From Candidatus Thorarchaeota archaeon (GTDB taxonomy: Archaea; Asgardarchaeota; Thorarchaeia; Thorarchaeales; Thorarchaeaceae): DNA of 20,792 bases. The stretch is from contig JAEOUG010000165.1 of NCBI GenBank assembly GCA_016839445.1, positions 1 to 20,792 on the forward strand. The letters run 5' to 3'. The notes beneath the pieces were generated by a model. That model was not told where the DNA came from and did not search any database. It saw only the letters and a list, made by a program, of their open reading frames with translations. A program made the position numbers and the translations under genes. This document shows, piece after piece, positions 13,377 to 20,770 of the stretch; the stretch's first letter is position 1, and each line of letters opens with the position of its first letter.

Positions 13377-13925
13377 ATGACGATAGTGAAGGCTGTAGTT
13401 CTTGGCGATACGGAATGTGGCAAGACTTCCTTCACTAAGCGGTGGGTCACGGGCAACTTCCCAGACCCTGACTATCTTCGGACTACTATCGGGGTTTCCT
13501 TTGACACGAAGAAAGTCGAGCTGCCCGACGGCAGGAATGTCACTCTATCTCTCTTCGACTTCGGCGGCCAGACGCGATTCATCGAGCAACTGAAGGCCAT
13601 GATCCGGGGCACTGTTGTTGGTCTCTTGTTCTTCGATGTCAGCAGGCTTCAGACCTTTGACAATCTGATGAACTACTGGATGCCAATGATTGAAGAGAAC
13701 AGCACACTCAGGCTCCGCGAAGGAGACGGTAGTAGGTTCATTCTCGTGGCCAACAAGGTAGACCTCATTGACGATGAACGCATAGATTCTATTGGAGGCG
13801 AGATGTTGGACTTCGTCGAGGGGTTCGGCATGGCTGGGCAGTTCATCTCTGCGAAGACGGGTCTCGGAATGGAGAACCTTGACATGATGTTCCTTGAGGC
13901 TCTTCAAAGACACCTATCAGACTGA
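13377..13925 (+). CDS. Rab-like small GTPase (Ras superfamily)
   Basis: G1 GDTECGKTS, G2 TTIGVSF, G3 DFGGQ, G4 NKVD and G5 SAK; 182 aa. Confidence 0.95.
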   Translation: MTIVKAVVLGDTECGKTSFTKRWVTGNFPDPDYLRTTIGVSFDTKKVELPDGRNVTLSLFDFGGQTRFIEQLKAMIRGTVVGLLFFDVSRLQTFDNLMNYWMPMIEENSTLRLREGDGSRFILVANKVDLIDDERIDSIGGEMLDFVEGFGMAGQFISAKTGLGMENLDMMFLEALQRHLSD

Positions 13926-15263
13926 GTAGCTCATGCCTTCTACCTGGACATAGGGAAGGAGGTAGGTCTGATTGTCATATCTTGTGGCCAATCGTTCCTT
14001 ACTAATCGCAGTGATGTTCTTCAGGAGTTCGAAGACGTTCCCCGTCACTTGTATCTCCTTCAGAGTGTGTCTGAGCTCTCCGTCCTCTATCAGCTGACCT
14101 CCCTTCACCGGACCTGCGAAGACTCCTGAGACTGGATCCGGGAACGCACTAATCCTCGGGATAAGAATCCCCTTCCTGATGCCACCCAACATCTCATCAA
14201 CCGAAACACTACCAGCTGGTATCTCGATGTTTGTGCTAGAGATAGTTGGGGCTTGTCTGAATGTCCCTCTCGCGTGGCCAGTTGACTGCAATGACTCCTT
14301 GTTAGCAGTGAAGGCGTCATAGAGAATCCCCTTGAATACGCCTTTGTCTATGATCTTGTGCGGGCGATGAGGAATACCTTCTCTGTCAAAGGAAGCGCTC
14401 CCGGTTTCGCTCTCTTTGCTTCCATCGTCGATAATCGAGAGACTCGGTACCGCAATCTGCTCGCCAAGCCGATCGGCGAGGTAGCTTGCTCCGTCCTGTA
14501 TCCTACTGGCGCAAGCAGCAAGGACAAACGCATTGAGGAGCTCAACAAGGCAGTCTGGAGAGAGTATTGTCGGACCAGCCAAGGCTTCTGCCTTTTTCGC
14601 TCCAAGGTTTCGGACGACCCTCTCCCCGAAACCTGTCACTGTTGCTTCTATGTCCACCTTCTTCTTACTTGGAAAGGCCTCCAGGACATAGTCGAACGAG
14701 CCTATGTCGTCACCATCGACAGCCATCCCGAAGAGGAAGATTTGAAGGAATGTCTTCTTCTCCGATGACCTGATTCCGTTCGAGGAGAGAATTGCGCTCT
14801 CTACTGCGTTAGCTCCTAGGTTTGTAGAGTCTACTGAGATCCTCTCATCAAATGCTCTAACAGCTGAAAGGACATCGGCCGCATACTCAAGGACTTCATC
14901 CATTGAGAGGTCTTCCAAGTTCTTATCGTGAAGGCCCTTCACCCTCGAGATAGGCTGAGGATTGGGGAGCGAGTAGTGATCTATGCTCGGTGTCCCCTTA
15001 GCAATAGAGACCGCGGTTGCGATACCTTCCTCGATCCTTTCAGAGGCCAGCGAATTCACGCTCGTGAACCCGATGCACTTGTTGATGAGCACGCGGATTC
15101 CTACTCCATCCACAATGGTACTTGTCGCGCTCTTCAGGCTGTTTGACTCGATATTGATTGCTTTCTCCCTTCTCGACTGAGCAAACAGCTCGACTTCATC
15201 GGCTCCCGCCCTGAATGCCTTCTCTAGAATAGGATCTAGCGCGTCAAGCAATTCCCCACCCAT
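13917..15263 (-). CDS. pmbA: TldE/PmbA family protein (non-catalytic partner of TldD)
   Basis: GVGIRV, FDREG and GHA motifs, with no HExxxH. The start is corrected to ATG 15263 (MGGELL), 1 nt after the tldD stop, with a GGAGGTG SD at 15270-15276. Confidence 0.9.
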   Translation of the reverse strand: MGGELLDALDPILEKAFRAGADEVELFAQSRREKAINIESNSLKSATSTIVDGVGIRVLINKCIGFTSVNSLASERIEEGIATAVSIAKGTPSIDHYSLPNPQPISRVKGLHDKNLEDLSMDEVLEYAADVLSAVRAFDERISVDSTNLGANAVESAILSSNGIRSSEKKTFLQIFLFGMAVDGDDIGSFDYVLEAFPSKKKVDIEATVTGFGERVVRNLGAKKAEALAGPTILSPDCLVELLNAFVLAACASRIQDGASYLADRLGEQIAVPSLSIIDDGSKESETGSASFDREGIPHRPHKIIDKGVFKGILYDAFTANKESLQSTGHARGTFRQAPTISSTNIEIPAGSVSVDEMLGGIRKGILIPRISAFPDPVSGVFAGPVKGGQLIEDGELRHTLKEIQVTGNVFELLKNITAISKERLATRYDNQTYLLPYVQVEGMSYSV

Positions 15264-15264
15264 C

Positions 15265-16650
15265 TTATGCACCTCCACCTGAAACAAGAGCTTGGGCTCG
15301 AGTTGAGCCTCCTCCGCCATCAACCTTGGCCAGTTGCCCTTTGCCGCAGTACCCTGCTCCCATCGAGAGCTTCCAGTTCCTGCCAACAGCGTCGACAGAC
15401 ATGAGGACGTCGTATGCATTACCGGTAACAGCTAGGTCTCGAACGGGACGACCAATCTCTCCCTTCACAATCTCATAGGCTTCAGGAATCTGAAACATGA
15501 ACTCCGCGCTGCTGTCTGCCTGTCCTCCGCCAGGCTCGACACACAGGTATCCAAAATCAATCCCTTCGAGGACTTCTTCATGTGAGAGATTACCTGGCTC
15601 AAGGTAGGTGTTCCTCATTCGTATCAGAGGTTCAACATCGTATTCAAAGGCGCGCTCATTGCCGGTCGGCTCGACGCCGAAGTGGTGCGCCGAGTGCCGA
15701 CTGTGCAAGTATGACCTCATCATCCCCTTCTCTATGATCACAGTCTTCTTAGCTTCTACTCCTGCATCATCAACGGGTATCCAACCTGCACCATAGTCCT
15801 GTTCTCCAGAGTCAATTAATGTGACCTGATCTGATGCAACCTTCTTGCCAATCTTCCCTTTTGCCGCACTTCCTGACATCACGAAATCAGCTTCCACCGT
15901 ATGTCCGATGGCCTCATGTGCTATGAGTCCTACAACGCCGGGTTCCATGACTATCGTCTGTTTGCCACCCTTGGGAAATGGAGCATCCAGAAGCCTGAGA
16001 GCGAAGTCTGCGACACGGTCCGCCAACTCAAGGGGCGGTTTCTGCTTGAATATCTCCCATCCCCCTGTGATGCCGACTCCCGCAGCAGCCGGAACAATCT
16101 TCGAGCCCTCCGCAGCTATTGCCCTCAAGAACAACATGGGGCGGCTGTCTTTCAACTCGACATCGGTACCATCTGAGTTCATTATGATCTTGTGACTACG
16201 ACCCTCAGAGACCCATGAGAGGCAACCACTGATTCTCTTGTCGTGGCCGCGAGCCCTTGCGTCCATCTCCTTCACGATTCCTACAGCCTCTTCGACTCTG
16301 TGGTTCTCAAAGGGGTCCTTTCCCCTACTCTCGAAAGAACCGGTGACAGGCTTGATCGGAGCCAGCGTAATCTTGTCCTTCTTGGTCTTTGCCAGAGTCC
16401 TTGCGGCTGTTACCGCGTCAGCAAGCGCTTCATCTACTGCGCTACTGTCAATCTTGCTGGTACTCGCGTAGCCCCAGGCCCCATCAACAAGCACCCGAAT
16501 TCCTATACCAGCGAAGTCGTCGACATTGGCCCTCTCAAGTCGCCCCTTGTCCATCCTTATCTGCGTGTTTCTATGGTGATGGTATCGGGCTTCGATATGA
16601 ACACCTTCTGGGCACTTCTCAACGGCTCTGCCAACTAGGTCTCTTATCAT
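15265..16650 (-). CDS. tldD: TldD metalloprotease
   Basis: GIGIRV...GAWGYAS, metal motif HEAIGH, DDAG, TGN-x-R, RMRNT and C-terminal CGK. Confidence 0.95.
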   Translation of the reverse strand: MIRDLVGRAVEKCPEGVHIEARYHHHRNTQIRMDKGRLERANVDDFAGIGIRVLVDGAWGYASTSKIDSSAVDEALADAVTAARTLAKTKKDKITLAPIKPVTGSFESRGKDPFENHRVEEAVGIVKEMDARARGHDKRISGCLSWVSEGRSHKIIMNSDGTDVELKDSRPMLFLRAIAAEGSKIVPAAAGVGITGGWEIFKQKPPLELADRVADFALRLLDAPFPKGGKQTIVMEPGVVGLIAHEAIGHTVEADFVMSGSAAKGKIGKKVASDQVTLIDSGEQDYGAGWIPVDDAGVEAKKTVIIEKGMMRSYLHSRHSAHHFGVEPTGNERAFEYDVEPLIRMRNTYLEPGNLSHEEVLEGIDFGYLCVEPGGGQADSSAEFMFQIPEAYEIVKGEIGRPVRDLAVTGNAYDVLMSVDAVGRNWKLSMGAGYCGKGQLAKVDGGGGSTRAQALVSGGGA

Positions 16651-16690
16651 AGATTCCTATCTCCTCAGGGCCCTGAACTATGAAGCTCCT

Positions 16691-16700
16691 CGTTAATAAG
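16691..16700 (-). promoter_or_regulatory. Putative TATA box (CTTATTAA) for tldD-pmbA
   Basis: About 45 nt upstream of ATG 16650, with a GAGGAG SD in between. Confidence 0.4.
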
Positions 16701-16863
16701 TCGACACCATCTAAGCAGAATCTTGAACGAACACTCCAAACGAACGCCTAGACCGCTAATGTGGAGCATAGACAGTGCTCATACTAGTGCACAATGTCCA
16801 CAGTGGGCAGGTCAACTGCACCCGGATGCTTGGGAGGTTGTTGTCGAGAGTCTGGACTGACCT

Positions 16864-17340
16864 CTATCCACCTGGGCTGCCTTTCCATGGAGTATCCTTC
16901 CACATGGCATCCCATATCATGTCTTCAGTGAGCGTTTCCGGCTCAACGATGGTCTTGTGGAGTTCCTTCAACAGTGCATGATGTCTAATCTCATCTTCCC
17001 GGATCATCATGGCTATCGTCTTGACCTGCTCACTATCGCTCTTCTCAGCCAGTTGCCCATAGGTCTTGACGGCCTCTTCCTCCATCTTGATGTGGGCTTC
17101 AATACCCTTGGCAATCTTGTCTCTCTCACCGGTTGATATGAAGGGCGTTGGACCCTCGACGGCCTTGCGAAGAGACCTGAGCAGAGCTGCGTGCTTCTTT
17201 GAGTCTGTGGACACGCCTAGAAGTAGGTCCTTCACAAAGGCGTTGCCCAGCTTCGCCACATTCTCTTCAACTATCTTGATGATGTTCATTTCGAGCTCGA
17301 TTTGACGGTCGATAAAAGCAAGAGTCTCGTCCTTATCCAT
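16864..17340 (-). CDS. Ferritin-like/rubrerythrin-like protein
   Basis: QIELE...DSKKH / HIKMEEE...EDEIRHH two-fold diiron-type pattern and an aromatic tail (WDAMWKDTPWKGSPGG). The start is corrected to ATG 17340 with an AGGAG SD. Confidence 0.85.
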   Translation of the reverse strand: MDKDETLAFIDRQIELEMNIIKIVEENVAKLGNAFVKDLLLGVSTDSKKHAALLRSLRKAVEGPTPFISTGERDKIAKGIEAHIKMEEEAVKTYGQLAEKSDSEQVKTIAMMIREDEIRHHALLKELHKTIVEPETLTEDMIWDAMWKDTPWKGSPGG

Positions 17341-17497
17341 GAGTGTACACTCCTGATTTCTCTGGGAGGACTGCGTACACATGTCACTTAAGACTGTTCA
17401 CAAAGGACCCTCTGTTCTCAGGCTGCTTCATAATCTATATCAAGGGTTTTCTGATGATACACAAAGACCACTTGGACAGAACGTGAGGTTGGACGAT

Positions 17498-17740
17498 TTG
17501 GCTAGAGCCACGATCTATACAGCTCCGCAATGCCCTCACTCTAACAGATTGAAGGAGTTTCTTGCAGAGCACAACATAGACTTCGAAGAGAGGTGCGTTC
17601 TCACATCTCCAGAGACCTTCAGTGAGCTGGAGGAGGCGACCGGACAGAAAGCAATCCCCGCCCTAGTCGTTGATGGAGAGTCATTCATCGGGTTTGACAG
17701 TAGAGCGCAGAGACGCATCAAGCGGAAGTTTGGAGTGTAG
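17498..17740 (+). CDS. Glutaredoxin/NrdH-like redoxin with CPHS site
   Basis: IYTAPQCPHS...TGQKAIPALVVDGESFIGFD is a typical Grx fold. The start is probably TTG 17498 after GTGAGG (GTG 17483 or TTG 17489 are possible) rather than 17381. Confidence 0.85.
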   Translation: MARATIYTAPQCPHSNRLKEFLAEHNIDFEERCVLTSPETFSELEEATGQKAIPALVVDGESFIGFDSRAQRRIKRKFGV

Positions 17741-17744
17741 AGAG

Positions 17745-18680
17745 ATGTACGATGTAGCGATTATTGGCTCGGGAGTCACTGGATATGCGGCCGCAATGTA
17801 TGCAGCCCGTCTCGATCTTGCCGCAGTAGTAATTGGCGATGTTGACGGGGGGACAATAACCCTCACGGACGATGTGGCCAACTATCCTGGATACATTCAG
17901 TTGACAGGTCAGGAACTCGCGGGCAAGCTTCGTGAACACGCCCTTGACTACCCTGTGACACTGGACACAGATCTTGTGACTGAGGTGTTCAGGTCCAAAG
18001 AGGACTGCTTCTATGTTGTGACGGAGAAGAAGACATTCCTGGCGAAATCAGTCATCATCGCCACCGGCATGAAGGAGAGAGAACTCGAGGTTCCTGGTCA
18101 CAATGAGTTCAGGAATAGAGGCGTGAGCTATTGCGCCCTCTGCGACGCCCCCCTGTACAAGGACAAGGTAGTGGCCGTTGTCGGAGGAAGCGACAGTGCA
18201 GCAAAGGAGGCCCTTCTCCTCGCCAAGTACTGCCAGAAGGTCTACATCATCTATCGGCGAGAGAAGATTCGACCTGAACCCATCAATGCCGAGAGAATTG
18301 AAAGAGAGCCCAAGATAGAGGTCATCACCAAGACAAACGTCACTGAGATTATCGGAGACCAGAAGGTGAATCGGCTTCGATTGGACAATCCCTACAAGCA
18401 CTCAGACACACTTACTGTTGATGGCGTATTCATCGCCATTGGAGGCATTCCCAACTCCCAGCTGGCAGGAAAGATGGGAGTCCTGCTCAACGAGAAGGGC
18501 GAGATCATCATTGACCGAGCTAGCAGGACCAATGTAGAGGGAGTCTTTGCAGCTGGCGATGTGGTCGATACGGAGTTCAAGCAGGCCATTACTGGCGTAG
18601 CTGAAGGAGTCCACGCAGCCTATCAGGCATACAGGTATGTGAATGAGCACGACTTCGTCTTCACATGCCAGCAGGACTGA
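17745..18680 (+). CDS. trxB: Thioredoxin-disulfide reductase (low-Mr, NAD(P)H-dependent type)
   Basis: GSGVTG FAD motif, GVSYCALCD, VGGSDSA, IYRREK and TNVEGVFAAGD. The start is corrected to ATG 17745 with a GGAGTG SD. Confidence 0.93.
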   Translation: MYDVAIIGSGVTGYAAAMYAARLDLAAVVIGDVDGGTITLTDDVANYPGYIQLTGQELAGKLREHALDYPVTLDTDLVTEVFRSKEDCFYVVTEKKTFLAKSVIIATGMKERELEVPGHNEFRNRGVSYCALCDAPLYKDKVVAVVGGSDSAAKEALLLAKYCQKVYIIYRREKIRPEPINAERIEREPKIEVITKTNVTEIIGDQKVNRLRLDNPYKHSDTLTVDGVFIAIGGIPNSQLAGKMGVLLNEKGEIIIDRASRTNVEGVFAAGDVVDTEFKQAITGVAEGVHAAYQAYRYVNEHDFVFTCQQD

Positions 18681-18691
18681 GCTGCAGCTCA
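18678..18691. repeat. Perfect 14-bp palindrome TGAGCTGCAGCTCA between convergent trxB and PDO
   Basis: Exact self-complementary sequence beginning at the trxB stop codon. Confidence 0.6.
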
Positions 18692-18695
18692 TACC

Positions 18696-19343
18696 TCACT
18701 CGTCGATTGCCTCGAAGAGCTTGTCAACGAACATGTCAGGAGGTGCCATACCTTCAAGGGACACGCTGTCATTGATGACGGTCTTTGGCACGCCGTAGAC
18801 CTCGAATTCGCGCGAGAGATCCTGGAACTCCAGTGATTCAACCATCTCCGACGAGATGAGTGGATTCAGAATCGCTGCCTGGTGTGCCAGCCTTGTCATG
18901 TTCGGACAATATGGGCACTGTGGCGTCACAAAGACACGGATGCGCAGTTCCTTGTCGATGGACTTGATGTCCTCAATGATGTCTGGAGGGAGGGGTATGT
19001 TCTCCGTTGACACGTCGATTATGGAACCGATAAGAGCGCCGAATTCGTGTCCAGCTGGAATGCCATAGAACTTCACCTTGTACTTGTCTTTGCCATGCAG
19101 AACAATGGCGGGGTGGTGTTCGACGCCCATTTCCTTTGCGACTGCACTGTCTAAGGGGCCTTTGTGTGTCTCAACTCTGATCTTGTCTGAGAACTCAGCA
19201 ACAAGCTCGACCATATCTCTGGTGTCATTGCAGTAGAGGCATTGGTGGTCTCCGATGAAGAGGTGGATAGTGACCTCCTTCTCTAGGGCCTCAAACATCT
19301 CTTGGACCTGTGCCTTGGTCTCATCATCCATTTCAATGACCAT
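18696..19343 (-). CDS. Protein disulfide oxidoreductase (PDO; AhpF N-terminal-like, two Trx folds)
   Basis: CLYC and CPYC motifs, FYGIPAGHEF and VYGVPKTVIND. Confidence 0.93.
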   Translation of the reverse strand: MVIEMDDETKAQVQEMFEALEKEVTIHLFIGDHQCLYCNDTRDMVELVAEFSDKIRVETHKGPLDSAVAKEMGVEHHPAIVLHGKDKYKVKFYGIPAGHEFGALIGSIIDVSTENIPLPPDIIEDIKSIDKELRIRVFVTPQCPYCPNMTRLAHQAAILNPLISSEMVESLEFQDLSREFEVYGVPKTVINDSVSLEGMAPPDMFVDKLFEAIDE

Positions 19344-19396
19344 TGTGCATCGACTGGCCCTCTGCGCTCCAGAATTTAACCTATACGATTTGCCCG

Positions 19397-19618
19397 CTAC
19401 TGGCTGTAGTTGTTTTTGATTGAGCTGTTTTCCTTAACGGACTCCAGCACTTGAACGATTGCCCGTCCTTCCTTGCGAGTGATTTTGAGAACGCGGTCCT
19501 CAGTCTTGAGCGTACAGCTCTCACCCTCCTTGAGGCTGGACATGACTCCTTGTCCAAGAGGTCCATTAAGGTACTTCATGTAGTGCTTGGCAATCTCCTG
19601 GACATCGTTCTTCTTCAT
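19397..19618 (-). CDS. Small hypothetical protein (73 aa)
   Basis: AAGGTGG SD before ATG 19618 (MKKNDV) and a TTTATAT box at 19674-19680 (minus). It fills the gap between co-oriented genes. Confidence 0.65.
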   Translation of the reverse strand: MKKNDVQEIAKHYMKYLNGPLGQGVMSSLKEGESCTLKTEDRVLKITRKEGRAIVQVLESVKENSSIKNNYSQ

Positions 19619-19693
19619 AGCCACCTTGCATCCCCTCGAGCAATGGCTAGTGGATATCTTAGACATTCGATAATATAAATGATTCAGGCGTGT

Positions 19694-20770
19694 CTATTTC
19701 CATTCGATTCTGTCATCTTCGATGAGTTCGTCGATTGCGTCAGGGATTCTCTTCTGTTTTTTCAGAGACCCTTGGGCCTCAAGCACTGTATCCTCTGAGA
19801 CCATGAGGTCTTCGAGATCTGAGCAAGAGAAGAGCGGCGTCACGTCAATCTTGTCGAAGCTGTTGTCCTCTGGATGATCACTGAAGAGATACAGCTCGGT
19901 GAGTCTCTGACATGTCGCCAAGGGTGACAGGTCTACTTCCGTTAGTTCATTCCCGGCGATGTCTAGAAACGAGAGCTGAGGCGTGAATGAGAGGGGAGTA
20001 AGGTCGAGCCGTTCAATACGGTTCATAGCAAGACCTAGTCTGACTAGGTTCTTGCAGCTCTGCAGCGGACCTAGGTCAATCGATTTGAGCCCATTACCTG
20101 CAAGCCTGAGGATTCTCAGGTCTCCACATCTGGACAGCGGGCTGAGGTCTATTGTCTCGAGTCTGTTGTGGTGGAGGTAGAGGAACCTCAGGTTGGTGCA
20201 CTCTTTCAATGGAGTGAGGTCTACACTTCCTAGCTGATTATACATGAGATTGAGCTGCTTGAGTTGTGTACAAGCTGAGAGAGGATCCAGCTTGATGGAG
20301 GTGAGGCTGTTGTTTTCCACTTCAAGAGACTCTAGTTGAATGCAAGCGGACAAGGGTTCAAGATCAATCGACTCAAGGGAGTTGTTGAATAGCCGTAGTC
20401 GCTTCAGCTTCATGGAGTTTGAGAGCGGAGAGAGGTCGATGGTCTTCAGTTGGTTGGTTCCTAGATTCAGCTCTGCAAGATTCGTACAAGAGCTCAGGGG
20501 TCCAAGGTTGATTGCCTTCAGTCCGTTCTTGAATAGGTCTAGGCTAGTCAATGTTCTGCAATCAGACAATGGGTCTAGATTTACTTCCTGAAGGTCATTG
20601 CGGCCCAAATCGAGTGTGAGCAAGCCCGGAAGGTGAGCTACTTGGCTTAGATCAATAGAGGAAACCTTGCTGTGACTAAGATCCAGCTTCCCTTCATTGT
20701 CCTCTTCGTCATACTCCACCGTGACCGACTTGCCTTCCTTGTCAGTATATGTGACTGTGCTCTCACTCAT
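19694..20770 (-). CDS. Leucine-rich repeat protein with ~12 repeats of 24 aa
   Basis: Ten consecutive exact 24-aa repeats with consensus LxxLxLxxNxLxxIDLxPLxxCxx, plus flanking irregular repeats. No signal peptide or TM. Confidence 0.95.
   Translation of the reverse strand: MSESTVTYTDKEGKSVTVEYDEEDNEGKLDLSHSKVSSIDLSQVAHLPGLLTLDLGRNDLQEVNLDPLSDCRTLTSLDLFKNGLKAINLGPLSSCTNLAELNLGTNQLKTIDLSPLSNSMKLKRLRLFNNSLESIDLEPLSACIQLESLEVENNSLTSIKLDPLSACTQLKQLNLMYNQLGSVDLTPLKECTNLRFLYLHHNRLETIDLSPLSRCGDLRILRLAGNGLKSIDLGPLQSCKNLVRLGLAMNRIERLDLTPLSFTPQLSFLDIAGNELTEVDLSPLATCQRLTELYLFSDHPEDNSFDKIDVTPLFSCSDLEDLMVSEDTVLEAQGSLKKQKRIPDAIDELIEDDRIEWK

Noticed and set aside
13917-16650. TldD/PmbA as part of a RiPP (microcin-like) cluster
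   Set aside because: No YcaO, radical SAM, transporter or precursor-like peptide is adjacent, and tldDE pairs are common housekeeping genes in archaea.
16701-16863. About 160-nt unexplained intergenic stretch with short dyads (GAGCA-N7-TGCTC, AGGTCA...TGACCT), a possible ncRNA or SECIS
   Set aside because: The stems are short and expected by chance, and no tRNA, C/D box, SECIS or riboswitch pattern was recognisable by eye. An Infernal/Rfam search would be decisive.
16864-16920. Ferritin C-terminal tail as an encapsulin targeting peptide
   Set aside because: It does not match the LxIGSL/LTVGSL-type cargo motif, and there is no encapsulin gene in the window.
3321-17744. Longer N-termini in the ORF track (3321, 9243, 15419, 17381, 17382, 17670)
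   Set aside because: The extensions overlap neighbouring genes or promoters and lack family similarity. The downstream starts have SD motifs or stop-start coupling.
18666-18700. trxB ends C-Q-Q-D-TGA, a possible Sec extension as in animal TrxR
   Set aside because: It is a low-Mr type enzyme with no GCUG-like motif, and read-through would run antisense into PDO.
224-20591. Numerous 60-146 aa alternative-frame and antisense ORFs (e.g. 4863-5303, 12453-12824, 14358-14768, 16243-16638)
   Set aside because: They are nested within well-supported genes, have no motifs, and show the composition typical of shadow ORFs.
19900-20630. 72-bp periodicity at the DNA level, a possible CRISPR or tandem array
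   Set aside because: It is explained by the LRR coding repeats. The units are divergent and in frame, with no identical repeat-spacer structure.
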